Positions 36,528 to 47,700 of a DNA stretch of 64,000 nucleotides are shown here, piece by piece. Position numbers and translations under genes: made by a program. Position 1 is the stretch's first letter, and the number at the start of each line of letters is the position of its first letter. The DNA lies in contig JBBQYS010000002.1 in assembly GCA_038208485.1 (NCBI GenBank), positions 13,323 through 77,322 of the forward strand, given 5' to 3'. Source of the DNA: Chitinophagales bacterium (GTDB lineage: Bacteria; Bacteroidota; Bacteroidia; Chitinophagales; Chitinophagaceae). The notes beneath the pieces were generated by a model. That model was given only the letters and a program-made list of their open reading frames with translations. It had not been told where the DNA came from and did not search any database.

Positions 36528-37100
36528 ATGAAGATTGGTTTGTATTTTGGCTCCTTTAATCCTGTGCATAATGGACACCTGATCATTGCTCAACATGTGC
36601 TTAATTTTTCAGGTGCTGATAAAGTATGGATGATGGTAACACCCCAAAATCCATTAAAAAATAGTAATTCTTTATTAAATGAAAATGACCGGTACCACCT
36701 GGTACAACTGGCTTTAAAAGATCATCCAAATATTATAGCCAACAACCAGGAATTTACACTACCTCGTCCATCTTATACCATAGATACGCTTACTTACCTT
36801 TCCCAGAAATATCCGCAACATGAATTCTCAGTCACAATGGGAAGTGATAGTTTTAGCAATATTCACAGGTGGAAAAACTATGAACAGATATTGAAAAATT
36901 ATTCAATTATTATCTACCAGAGACCGGGTTTTGAAGTAAATGAAAATAATAATAGAATAGAAATACTACAAGCCCCATTATTAGACATAAGCAGTACATT
37001 CATTAGAGAGTTGATCCTACAGCAAAAAAATATACAATTCCTGGTACCCTCATCAGTGAAGGAATATATTGATGAAAATAATTATTACAAGATAAAATAA
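36528..37100 (+). CDS. nadD: nicotinate-nucleotide adenylyltransferase
   Basis: GSFNPVHNGHL (HxGH) motif and ISSTFIRE; 190 aa. Confidence 0.9.
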   Translation: MKIGLYFGSFNPVHNGHLIIAQHVLNFSGADKVWMMVTPQNPLKNSNSLLNENDRYHLVQLALKDHPNIIANNQEFTLPRPSYTIDTLTYLSQKYPQHEFSVTMGSDSFSNIHRWKNYEQILKNYSIIIYQRPGFEVNENNNRIEILQAPLLDISSTFIRELILQQKNIQFLVPSSVKEYIDENNYYKIK

Positions 37101-37102
37101 GT

Positions 37103-38353
37103 TCAAATTATCCAGCCAAGGATCAGGCAAAAAAGAACAATAACCGGGGCGGGTATTCTTGTATAGTTCAAAGTAAGAAAAGTCAAAGCAATTACACAAA
37201 GACTAATGATCATGACCAGACTAAACTGATTATGAGGTATGGTTTTTAGCAGGAAAAAAAATGCTGCCCACATTAGCCCTACAACAACTGCATTTATCCC
37301 TTCCAGCGCACGATAAACAACAACATATTTTTTTAAATATTGCCAGACTGGAAAGAAGAATAATACCAGTAATGCACTGGGCAAAAAAAGCGCAATAGTA
37401 CCGATAACACAACCGAGGAACTGCATCACCTTTCCTTCATCTTTTAGAGCCATTCCACCAATAAAGGTACTAACCGAGAAAACAGGTCCAGGTATAGCCC
37501 TTACCATACCAAAACCGGTTAATAATTGTCCTCTATCTATTTTAATAGCATTAGGATTACTTACTTGTTGCACCTGTAAAGAGGGCCTTTCAACATATTG
37601 ATCTAACATTAATGGAAGAAGAACATCTCCACCACCAAAAACGATACTGCCAAAGCGATAAAAATTCTCAAATAAATTGTAGGCTTTTCTATGTTGCCAT
37701 TCCTGTTTCCTGGCTGTTTCACTCAGGATACCAGCGATAACAAAAACTATAACAAACCACCAGATGTTTCTCCATTTTACAGGTTTCCGGTTTTTCTTCT
37801 CATAGTCTGGTATACGTTTCTTACTGAAATTTGTGGCTATACTTCCGACTACAATCAGGATGGGGAAAACCCAGGGCGTACGGAAAAAAATAAAGCTTAC
37901 AATCATAGATACAAACATGATGATGTAAGTAATAGGACTGTTGACCGATACCCTAAAATATTTTACAGCGGCATACAGTAAAAATCCGATGGCCATTGGT
38001 TCTATAAATTTGAATAACCCGGAAGTAAGTTTTGTATCAGTGAAGGAGGTAAGCAAAAAAGAAAAAGCACCCATTAAAATAGCAGCTGGTAAAATCCAAA
38101 TGATCAGGGTCATTGTAGCAAGAATTACACCTCCACGTTTATACCCAATGAGTGTAAGTGTTTGTGTACTGGAAGCTCCGGGAAGTAATTGGCAAAACGA
38201 ATTGTATTCCACAAGTTCTTCTTCTGTGACATCCCTTCGTTTATTTACAAAGGTTTTCATCATCATACCAAGATGCCCCTGTGGTCCGCCAAAAGCCGTG
38301 ACACTGTACAAAAGAACAGCTTTGAGAAAAGGTATGTGGCGTAGTAATACCAA
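37103..38353 (-). CDS. chrA: chromate transporter (CHR family, fused two-domain)
   Basis: Duplicated CHR motifs [11 protein letters not shown] and [11 protein letters not shown]; ~10 TM helices. Confidence 0.85.
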   Translation of the reverse strand: MVLLRHIPFLKAVLLYSVTAFGGPQGHLGMMMKTFVNKRRDVTEEELVEYNSFCQLLPGASSTQTLTLIGYKRGGVILATMTLIIWILPAAILMGAFSFLLTSFTDTKLTSGLFKFIEPMAIGFLLYAAVKYFRVSVNSPITYIIMFVSMIVSFIFFRTPWVFPILIVVGSIATNFSKKRIPDYEKKNRKPVKWRNIWWFVIVFVIAGILSETARKQEWQHRKAYNLFENFYRFGSIVFGGGDVLLPLMLDQYVERPSLQVQQVSNPNAIKIDRGQLLTGFGMVRAIPGPVFSVSTFIGGMALKDEGKVMQFLGCVIGTIALFLPSALLVLFFFPVWQYLKKYVVVYRALEGINAVVVGLMWAAFFFLLKTIPHNQFSLVMIISLCVIALTFLTLNYTRIPAPVIVLFCLILGWII

Positions 38354-38436
38354 AGAATGATTTACGCACTAAATTATACATTTATCTGCAATAAGATAAT
38401 GGGAATGGAGCTGTGGAAAATAAAAAGGATAACTGG

Positions 38437-39378
38437 TTATTTTTTTAACCCAATCTCTCTCAATCTTTCATCAAGGTATTCACCCGCAGTCGCATCCTCA
38501 TAAACTTTTGGATGAGAATCATCAATTGTTGAAGGAAGACATTCCAGGCTCATACTGCTTTGTGGATGAAGAAAGAATGGAATCGAAAAACGGCTGGTAT
38601 GCCAGAATTCTCTTTTTGGATTTACCACACGGTGGGTTGTACTGCGAAGTTTATTGTTGGTAAGGCGTTGCAGCATGTCACCAACGTTTACCACAATCTG
38701 TTCTGGTAAAGAGGTTACAGCAACCCATTCTCCTTGTTTAGTTTGAATTTCAAGACCGTCGGCAGAAGCACCAATGAGCAATGTGATCAGGTTGATATCT
38801 TCATGCTGTTCTGCACGTATAGCGCTCTTTGGCTCTTCCGTTATTGGCGGGTAGTGTATGGCCCTTAAAATAGAATTTCCATTGTGCACATAGCTGTCAA
38901 AATAATGTTCATCGAGGCCCAGGTAAATGGCAATAGCTTGCAAGATAGCAGTACCACTTTTTTCAAAATTTCGGTAAGCAGTTTCAAAAGTTTGATTAAA
39001 ACCATTTACTTCATCAACAGAAACATTTGGGGGATATTCTTCTTCTTTGTAATTGTCTCTTGGTATTTGTCCGTATTGATAAAATTCTTTCAGATCTGGT
39101 GCTTCGCTGCCCTTGGCATGTTCGGTACCAAAGCTTGTATATCCCCGCTGCCCTGCCAGTTCCGGGTCTTCATATTTTTTCTTTTGGGAAAGAGGAAGAG
39201 AAAAAAATTGTTGTACTTCTTCGTACAAAGATTCAATCAGCTCGTCGCTTAGTCCATGATTTTTTACACCAACAAAACCCACTGTTTCATACGCCTGTCC
39301 TATGGACTGCACAAAATTATTTTTGCGCTCAGCATCGCCGCTAAGAAAATCTGCCAGGTCTACGGTTGGTATTGCCAT
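38437..39378 (-). CDS. 2-oxoglutarate/Fe(II)-dependent oxygenase (isopenicillin N synthase family)
   Basis: N-terminal IPTVDLADF; facial-triad contexts HEDINLITLL and STTHRV. Confidence 0.8.
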   Translation of the reverse strand: MAIPTVDLADFLSGDAERKNNFVQSIGQAYETVGFVGVKNHGLSDELIESLYEEVQQFFSLPLSQKKKYEDPELAGQRGYTSFGTEHAKGSEAPDLKEFYQYGQIPRDNYKEEEYPPNVSVDEVNGFNQTFETAYRNFEKSGTAILQAIAIYLGLDEHYFDSYVHNGNSILRAIHYPPITEEPKSAIRAEQHEDINLITLLIGASADGLEIQTKQGEWVAVTSLPEQIVVNVGDMLQRLTNNKLRSTTHRVVNPKREFWHTSRFSIPFFLHPQSSMSLECLPSTIDDSHPKVYEDATAGEYLDERLREIGLKK

Positions 39379-39417
39379 GTGTGTAAAAAATTATTTTTGG
39401 TTGCCAAAGATAGAATA

Positions 39418-40428
39418 TTAAAGTCCATATTCCGCACTGATTTCTAACATTCTTTGAATTGGTTTTTTTGCCGCAATGATCAGTTCATCACTCATGGTGA
39501 TTTCAGGAGTTTCGTATTTCATACAGAGATAAAGTTTCTCCAAAGTATTCAGTTTCATGTACGGGCAATCATTGCAGGCACAGGTATTTGTTGGAGGTGC
39601 AGGAATAAAAGATTTCTGTGGACTGGTCTTCTGCATCTGGTGAAGAATACCGCTTTCAGTAGCTACAATGAACTGATGCGAAGGATCATTTTCTGTAAAC
39701 TTGAGCAGGGCAGTAGTGCTGCCGATAAAATCTGCCACCCGCAAAACAGCTTCTTCACATTCCGGGTGTGCAATCATTTTAGCTTGCGGATGACGGATCT
39801 TTAACTTGGTTATTTTTTCGAGGCTGAATATCTCATGCACCATACAGGCGCCATTCCACAACACCATGTTGCGGCCTGTTTGTTTGTTGATGTAAGCACC
39901 AAGATTTTTATCAGGAGCAAAAATTATTTTTTGATCAGGAGGTAAGGTCTCCACAATTTTTTGTGCATTGCTGCTGGTGCAAATGATATCACTCAATGCT
40001 TTCATTCCTGCGCTGCAGTTGATGTAGGTAATGACGATATTATCCGGATGCTTGTCCTTGAAAGCTTTGAACAAAGGTGGAGGTGCACTATCACTGAGTG
40101 AACAACCGGCATTGAGATCAGGAAGCAAAACTTTTTTGTGTGGGTTTAATATCTTGGCAGTTTCTGCCATGAAATGAACACCGGCAAAAACAATGATATC
40201 CGCATCTGTGCTTTCAGCTTTTTGCGAAAGACCCAAACTATCCCCAATGTAATCTGCCACGTCCTGGATATCCGGCTCCTGGTAATAGTGGGCCAGTACA
40301 ATTGCATTCTTTTCTTTTTTGAGTTTTTCTATTTCGGCAAACAGATCGAGTTGCGGATCGAGCTCAATATCCAGGAACCCTTTTTCCGAAACTATTTTTT
40401 CCATTTGTGCTTTGTGAATATCTACCAT
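39418..40428 (-). CDS. nadA: quinolinate synthase
   Basis: ILAHYYQ motif, three-repeat NadA architecture with conserved Cys; 336 aa. Confidence 0.92.
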   Translation of the reverse strand: MVDIHKAQMEKIVSEKGFLDIELDPQLDLFAEIEKLKKEKNAIVLAHYYQEPDIQDVADYIGDSLGLSQKAESTDADIIVFAGVHFMAETAKILNPHKKVLLPDLNAGCSLSDSAPPPLFKAFKDKHPDNIVITYINCSAGMKALSDIICTSSNAQKIVETLPPDQKIIFAPDKNLGAYINKQTGRNMVLWNGACMVHEIFSLEKITKLKIRHPQAKMIAHPECEEAVLRVADFIGSTTALLKFTENDPSHQFIVATESGILHQMQKTSPQKSFIPAPPTNTCACNDCPYMKLNTLEKLYLCMKYETPEITMSDELIIAAKKPIQRMLEISAEYGL

Positions 40429-40534
40429 AATATGTATTAATACTTATTATTTATATAATCCCTTATTATTACTAGGGCTGTTAATATGTGGGAAAACAAT
40501 TTTCTGCCACTATTGTAAAATTAAATTATTTAGT

Positions 40535-40564
40535 TTATCCACGGTTATTCACCGGAAATCCACA
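40535..40564 (+). promoter_or_regulatory. three tandem DnaA-box-like 9-mers in helical phase
   Basis: TTATCCACG (40535), TTATTCACC (40545) and AAATCCACA (40556), compared with consensus TTATCCACA. Start spacing is 10 and 11 bp. Confidence 0.45.
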
Positions 40565-40703
40565 AAAATTTTCCGGTGAAGCCGATTATTTTTTAAAATA
40601 AATTTGGCTTGTTTAAAACCTGAACTGGACTGAATCTAATTAAATATAAACTCATTTTTTGTTTTGGCTCTTTGAAGCTATTCAAAAAAAACTTTTCCTT
40701 TTC

Positions 40704-40712
40704 TGTGGATTA
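40704..40712 (-). promoter_or_regulatory. DnaA-box-like 9-mer (TAATCCACA)
   Basis: Plus strand TGTGGATTA; one mismatch to consensus. Confidence 0.4.
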
Positions 40713-40825
40713 ATTATACCGTGGAAAGAAATTTCACCGCTCCCGACATTATGGCTGTGGAGAGGAGGACGTAAAAATCGTAGTTAATTACCACTAATAA
40801 TTTTAGCAGGCAGATACTGCTGCAT

Positions 40826-40834
40826 TTATCCTCA
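40826..40834 (+). promoter_or_regulatory. DnaA-box-like 9-mer (TTATCCTCA)
   Basis: One mismatch to TTATCCACA. Confidence 0.35.
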
Positions 40835-41025
40835 AACTACTGACGACAAAAAAAATAGAAAAAGGGCTTGTTAACAGAAAAATGGTGGATGTACACATGG
40901 GGTGTGAATAGCGAAAAAAAATGATTTTTTTGTCTAAAAACAGACTATCTCAAATAGGAAAGATTTTCCATTTATGCTACCAGGCTGATTTTACATGCTT
41001 GTAAAAATATTTAAGACCTTGCATT

Positions 41026-41643
41026 ATGCAGAAGACAACAATAAACCATTGGGAGAGCGTGTATAAAACAAAGGGACCGCTAGAAGTAAGTTGGACACAG
41101 GAAAAATCAGCAACTTCACTAGTCTTCATCCATTCTTTTGGCTTGCCTAAGACTGCAAAAATAATAGACATTGGCGGTGGCCACAGCAAACTTGTGGATT
41201 ATTTGCTTGATGAAGGATTTTAAAATATAACTGTACTTGATATTTCAGCACAGGTCCTCACTAAAGCAAAATTTCGTTTGGGTGAAAGAGCGCAAAAAAT
41301 CACCTGGGTTGTGAGCGATATTACAGAGTTTCACCCTGACATTACATTTGACATCTGGCACGACAGGGCAACATTTCATTTTCTTACTACTGACGACCAG
41401 GTCACAAAATATATGGAGATTGCAAGAAAAGCTATTTCTGGTTTTTTGACCATCGGAACTTTTTCGGATAACCGACCAGAAAGCTGTAGCGGCTTACAGA
41501 TAAAACAATACAATGAGGAAAAATTGACATCAGAACTTCAAAATGGTTTAGACAAAATACGCTGCATAACTGAGGACCATAAAACACCATTCAACACGAC
41601 ACAAAATTTTTTGTTTTGCAGTTTCAAAAGGCAGCAGGATTGA
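41026..41643 (+). pseudogene. class I SAM-dependent methyltransferase interrupted by one in-frame TAA
   Basis: ORFs 41026..41223 and 41278..41643 share a frame. Read-through gives IIDIGGGHSKLVDYLLDEGF*NITVLDISAQVL..., i.e. motif I and post-I separated by a stop at 41221-41223. Confidence 0.75.
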
Positions 41644-41700
41644 TAATACCAGCATTTAAATAAAATACCGTAGCTAAATTGAAAGGTTCCCGGTAATGAC

Positions 41701-41730
41701 AAAAAAATGGCTTGTAAAAATACAAGCCAT
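41701..41730 (-). terminator. rho-independent terminator of the 899-aa T9SS cargo gene
   Basis: ATGGCTTGTA-AAAA-TACAAGCCAT is a perfect 10-bp stem. A T7 run follows on the minus strand. Confidence 0.8.
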
Positions 41731-41758
41731 TTAAAAAACCAGTTATAAAAAACCCAGC

Positions 41759-44458
41759 TTAAAATTTCTGGAATTTAGATTGAATCGTAATACCATTTCC
41801 TGAGATAGTCAGGTAATATAATCCACTATTAAGGGTGCTGGTATTTTGCAGGATATTATTTGTTCCTTTTACTAAAAAAGCACCGGTACGGGAAACCAAT
41901 CTTCCGGCATTGTCAAATATACTGATGGTAACATTTCCCGTCATCGGAGAAATTACAGTTCCTTTAAGTTTATCAGATACAGGGTTTGGTGCTATAGAGA
42001 TCAAACCTTTGGTAGTTGGTAGATTAATGGTTACAATAATTGAATATTTGTATGAACCATCTGTGTCCGTAAGTTTAAGCCTGTAATAAACTGTTAGAGC
42101 ATTTTGATTTTGGGCATCCCTATCAGTATAGGCAAAACTTCCACTAGCTGATGAAGTAGCATTTACACTCCCTATCTGGTAAAAATTAGTTCCATCTACG
42201 CTACGCTCTATACCATAAGCTAAGAGGTTTACCTGGTTTTCGGATTTCCATTGCAAAAGACCTGATAGATCGCTGTTTAACTTACCCGTGAAGCTGATCA
42301 ACTGTACAGGTAAAACTGTATTGCGGGCAGCAAAGTAAAAAGAAGAAAAGCTTGTAACAGAGGTTTGGAGAACATAGCCGGAAGTTCCTTGTGTGATATT
42401 TGCCAGGTTGGTAGTTGTAGCAGAAAGTTCGGTCGTATTTTGTTGAATGGTTGATCCGCATGCATCTCCATTTTTATGAATTCTTAGAAAAGTAATATTG
42501 GAAACCCCGCCTGCATTCGTGTAGTTAGTAAATTCTGTACCCGTTAAATACAATCTTATTTTCACAGGTGTTCCAAAACTATTGTTTGCAGGAGTAATGG
42601 TAATATTTCTGTCGAGATATTTTATTCCAGAATTGGTTCTTACAGCTCCTTCATTTAGATAGTAGCTGGTAGAAACTACCCCAAGGTTTTGCCCCATGGC
42701 ATTTATTTCAGCTACAATATTTCCATCAAGACCAGTTATAGGTACCCATAAATTATTATTAGTTGCATCAATTGTAATTTGGTTTGCCGTGTTACAGGTT
42801 CCCGTACTTCCGGTACTAACTGCTATGTTTTTTGGAATTTTACTAAGACCCGATGCATCGCTATTGTATCCTAAAAAACTATACTTAATCACACAGCCTT
42901 TGCAGGCAGTAACTACGTTTGCACTCCCACTTGGGCCAGAAGTTGCTCCGTTATCCATTATTACATAAATGTCTTTACCGTTAGGCCCAAATGCCAAATC
43001 ACGATACCGATTCGGACTTTGAAAATAGGTAATTGTATCACCTGTATTTCCGGTAGTGCTTCCAATACCACTTGGAAGCGTTTTCGTTCCGGTAGCATCG
43101 AGAGGAAGCCGTATCATCCGGCCCCACTTCAATCCTGCAGCTACAAGAGATCGTTTCCAACCTGGAATCATATTATTGCTATATAATTCTAATCCTGACC
43201 AGCCTTCACTTTCCCAACCAGAGTTGCTCGGATTATTTTGCCAGGTAGATGCAATCAATGCAGGTGTTGATGCATAAGCAGAAAAAATCGGGTTGAGATA
43301 ATCACCGTTACCAGAAGCATTAATAGCAGTGACGTTAGCCGCCTCATTTCCTACAGGGTCTAAAGAAGAATTTCCACAATATGGGCTACCCGAAGAATAT
43401 GCAGGAGGAGGAGTATAACCCGTAATGTTACAATTTGTATATGGGGCTCCTGCAGTTATGCTATTGCTGAATCCCCTGGCAGCGTTTCCGTTGTAATTTC
43501 CATCGGAAGAATAACCTATTACACGTGGGTGTCCGTAATTTCTTCTTCTCTCTATTATATTGATTTCATCATCGCTAAATGGACCATGTGCTGCTCCATA
43601 TAAAGTATTTGTACTCGTATCATAAGCAAACCCCTGGTTATTTCTCATCCCAATGTTCCATACAGCATTTGTAGGACTGCCATATGGATTGTCATTTGGT
43701 ATCCATTTATCATAATAGCTTACATCAGCATCCGGCTCAAGGTTATATCTTAATATTTTTCCTTCGCGGGAGTTGGGATCCTGGGCATTAATTGGCCTGT
43801 ACCTGTTACCAAACTGGCCGCTTCCCATATCGCCGCTTCCCATAAATAAAAAAGGAGTGCCTTCTACAGGAGCAATAATGAGCCTTTGTGAATTGTGATC
43901 ACTGCTTCCTGGTAGGTTCCAGTCCAGTACAGCTGGAGTTTCCAGCCTGCCATTTGTAAAATTATAAGTGAATCTTACAAGTTTGTTTCGATATATTACA
44001 CCCGCCGGGCTAGTTCCTGACATGTATTTCCATATATAGGTAACGTACACAAAATCTTTACTCATCCCTTTACCAAAATCCGGGTGGATAGCCATACCTG
44101 CAAAACCACCTTGCGGCCAGCTTGTCCAGGATGTCATATTCTGAGCATTAAGGGTATCGTCTCCATTCCCTGTATTGCCTAACCAGGTGCTCCCAGTAGA
44201 TATATCCAATACTATTCTCTTACCTCCATTTCCCGGATGTATCTTATATAATTTGTACCCACGTGATTCGGTTACCCACAAACTATCATCGGGACCATAG
44301 GTGATTTCCCATGGATACTGTAAAATATTGTCACCAGAGAGTATTTGCTGAGAAAAAACTTCATTCATACGTGAACTTAATATTTGGCTCTTCAAATGGG
44401 AGGAAATACAAAAAATTACTGCTAAAAGCAAAATCTTTTTAAAGTGAAATTTGCACAT
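41759..44458 (-). CDS. T9SS-secreted glucose/sorbosone-dehydrogenase-like beta-propeller protein
   Basis: Signal peptide; GFAGMAIHPDF, GMRNNQGFAYD and DDEINIIERRRNYGHP motifs; Fn3-like module VLPVQLISFTGK...; T9SS C-terminal domain ISIAPNPVSDKL...GLYYLTISGNGITIQSKFQKF. Confidence 0.8.
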   Translation of the reverse strand: MCKFHFKKILLLAVIFCISSHLKSQILSSRMNEVFSQQILSGDNILQYPWEITYGPDDSLWVTESRGYKLYKIHPGNGGKRIVLDISTGSTWLGNTGNGDDTLNAQNMTSWTSWPQGGFAGMAIHPDFGKGMSKDFVYVTYIWKYMSGTSPAGVIYRNKLVRFTYNFTNGRLETPAVLDWNLPGSSDHNSQRLIIAPVEGTPFLFMGSGDMGSGQFGNRYRPINAQDPNSREGKILRYNLEPDADVSYYDKWIPNDNPYGSPTNAVWNIGMRNNQGFAYDTSTNTLYGAAHGPFSDDEINIIERRRNYGHPRVIGYSSDGNYNGNAARGFSNSITAGAPYTNCNITGYTPPPAYSSGSPYCGNSSLDPVGNEAANVTAINASGNGDYLNPIFSAYASTPALIASTWQNNPSNSGWESEGWSGLELYSNNMIPGWKRSLVAAGLKWGRMIRLPLDATGTKTLPSGIGSTTGNTGDTITYFQSPNRYRDLAFGPNGKDIYVIMDNGATSGPSGSANVVTACKGCVIKYSFLGYNSDASGLSKIPKNIAVSTGSTGTCNTANQITIDATNNNLWVPITGLDGNIVAEINAMGQNLGVVSTSYYLNEGAVRTNSGIKYLDRNITITPANNSFGTPVKIRLYLTGTEFTNYTNAGGVSNITFLRIHKNGDACGSTIQQNTTELSATTTNLANITQGTSGYVLQTSVTSFSSFYFAARNTVLPVQLISFTGKLNSDLSGLLQWKSENQVNLLAYGIERSVDGTNFYQIGSVNATSSASGSFAYTDRDAQNQNALTVYYRLKLTDTDGSYKYSIIVTINLPTTKGLISIAPNPVSDKLKGTVISPMTGNVTISIFDNAGRLVSRTGAFLVKGTNNILQNTSTLNSGLYYLTISGNGITIQSKFQKF

Positions 44459-44722
44459 TTTTTACTTTTTTTTAAATAGAACATTAATGTATTATAGTTT
44501 GATACAGATAATAACCAACAGTTTTCAATTGAAAATACATTTAAATATTGTATCAACTTTTGTAATAACTTATTAACAGAAGGAATATTGTAAACTTCAT
44601 ATTAATTTTTTTTGAGGTGTAAGATGAGTTGAACAATAAAAATTAAATAAATACGTTTTATATCTTAAAAACCTTAATGTAATGATTTTCGTTTTTAAAA
44701 AATAACAACAAAATCCAATCCC

Positions 44723-47700
44723 GTGAATCCAAAATTACCCACCCTGAAAAAGGTATCTATTGCCTTATTTTTATTTTTTTGCTTATCTCCTCAGTCCTGG
44801 GCACAGCCAGCAAACGATCTTTGCTCAGCTGCTATTCTATTGACTAGTTCTGGGGGTTGTACTAGTACAAGTGGAACTTTACTTAATGCGACAAAATCCT
44901 CACCGAATATAAGTAGTTGTGGCCCGAATTCTTCAGCTGATGTGTGGTATAGGTTTGTAGCAAATTCAGAAACACCTACGATAAAATTGAATGGAGTAGG
45001 TTCAAACTTCAGTTCTGCATCACCTAGATTGCAATTATTTACAGATTGCGGTGGAACTGCTCTACTTTGTAGCACAAGCCCTTTAAACCCTTCAAATCTA
45101 ATCATAGGAGACACCTATTATATAAGAGTTACTACAAATTCGAATACCGGGTCGCCAATAACAAGTGGGAACTGGAATTTCACTATTTGTGTCAGTGATT
45201 TGAGTTTAGATTATTCTAAGTCTTATGTAAATATTACAGATGGTACAGTAGGCGGAACCATCAACCCGGGTGATATATTAGAGATCCGATCTACTTTTGT
45301 AGTTCGCGGTGGAGATAGAACTCTTCAGGTGACAAACATCAGGTATTTTGATACCCTTAAAGCGAATGCTGGATTACGATACACAAATCAAATTTCCACC
45401 CGTACCAACGAAGGAAAAGTTGTTAATACTTTTACTGATGCAACCGGCGATGATGCCGGCTGGGCAATTAAACCTGCTGTAGGTGATACTACTATTCAAA
45501 TCAACATAGGACCTGGCGCTACTTCAAATTCACTTACAGGGGGGGGGACTTTGGAGTCTGATTCAAGACCTTCTGTATTTGGAGGAACTTGTATCATTAT
45601 GGCTACATACAGGGTAACTGTAACGGGTGAATATGAAAAGAAAATAAATTTTGGTGGAGGGGCATTTCGATATAATATTAACGGGCAAGATTTCACGATA
45701 ACATTTCCAAGAGACAGCCTAATTGTATATCCTACCCTGGACGCCTGTTCGGATGCAGTATCTCCTGGAAACCTTATAGGATCTGCAAATAACGGAACGT
45801 TTGGTACACTCCCAATGGGAAGCATGCCCACTGCAGCTCTACAAAATGCCGGTCCCGCTTCTTTCAACACAAGTTATATTTATTCGAATTTTAGTACGGG
45901 TGCACCCCAGGATTACTATTACGGCATTACAAATAATACCAGCGGCCTTAACACAATTGATCAAACATTTGCTAAGGGTTCGGGTACAGGAAATCCCCGT
46001 GTGTTTTCCCATTGGGATATTACAGGAGATCATACCGGCGCCACAGACTTGAGTAAAGGGAATCCACCTTGTGACGTAACAAAAGTGGTAAGCGCAACAA
46101 ACCCTTGTGGGTACCTTTTAGCCATCAACTCGGCTTATAGAACAGATAAAGTATTTGAATACACAGCCTCAGGAGTATGTACAGATACATATTATGAGGT
46201 TTCTGCATGGTTTAAAAATATTTGCTATCGTTGTGGTTGCGATTCAGTTGGAAGGGGTTCAGGTGGGGGAAGTTATATTCCCACTGCTCCGGGAGACTCT
46301 TCGGGTGTAAGGCCAAATGTGACCATGCAGATAGATGGCATAAACTATTATAGTACAGGTGAATTGATTTACCAGGGCTTGGGTGGAACTCAAAGTGGTT
46401 CGGACACATTGAACAAATGGATTCGCCGTTCATTTGTTTTTAAAACTAGTCCTACACAAACCAGCTTTACAATAACATTTAAAAACAACGCACCCGGTGG
46501 AGGAGGAAATGACTGGGCTATCGATGATATTGGCCTGAGAACCTGTTATCCCGATATGATTTATGCCCCAACAAACCCCATAGTATTTATAGGCAACTCC
46601 CTTACTATTACCGATACCGTAAGATCTTATTTTAATAACTACACATATTATAAATGGCAAAAAGCGCCTGGTGCAACCCCTACCGTTTTTTCTGATATTC
46701 CAGGAGCTTCCGGTAATGCCATCAATGTGTATAAACCACTTATCAATCAATATGAGTTTGTGATAAGCTATACCATTCCTGGTACAGCAACACAACCTGC
46801 TAACTCGGGAGACGTTTACAGGATGGTAGTAGCCAGCAATATTGCCAACCTAAACAGTGGCTGTAACTTTGTACCTACTATATCATTTACTTTGTTGCCC
46901 GCAGATGCACCATGCGAATTCACTGCTGTAAATTATGCTGTTGCTCCAAAAAACGGGGTAATCAACTGGAATAAATTGAACTGGAGCCTGGGGCATGTGC
47001 CTACCTGTTGCGAAAGTGCTTATATCACTTACCCGGGAGATAATGCAGTAACCGATTCAATCGGAGTTTATATTACAAATGATATTTGCCTTATCAACCT
47101 CACGTTTGTAAATGTGTCAACAAAAGGGAACCAGGTTTTCAGAACTGTTTTGCATCCGGGATACAATATGTTGATGAGGGGAGATGTACGCATGGGCGCA
47201 ACTGCCCCCTTTGCTACAGATAGTACTTTATTTATAGCAAAAGGCGCTAATACAATAACAGTAAATGGTAATACTGTAATTGGTTACAATGGTGATCCCG
47301 GTACGAGTATCATAGGTAGCGCACCAGGCACTAATACATATATAAAGTATATATTAAAAGGAGACAGCCTTACTTTTAATACAAAGGCATTCGTCAATCA
47401 TAAGTTTGCTTCTTTTACCATGGATCCTACTTCCGGTTCTGCTGTTTTGGTAAACAATGTAGATGCAGTAACCTATCCCTTTGCTGTTAGTTTTGATTCT
47501 CTTTATATTGGAAAGACCACGCCTAAAACGGTGACTTTGGCCGGCACGGGTAGTAACTCGTTCCTAAATGATAATAATGGAGCGCTGGTAGTCTCTACAG
47601 GGTCTACATTTATAATGCCCGCAAATTATACATTGAATGCAAAAGATTTTGTGACAGCGGGTGTTTTTAAAAGCCGTGTAGTTCTACAACCCAATTCAAC

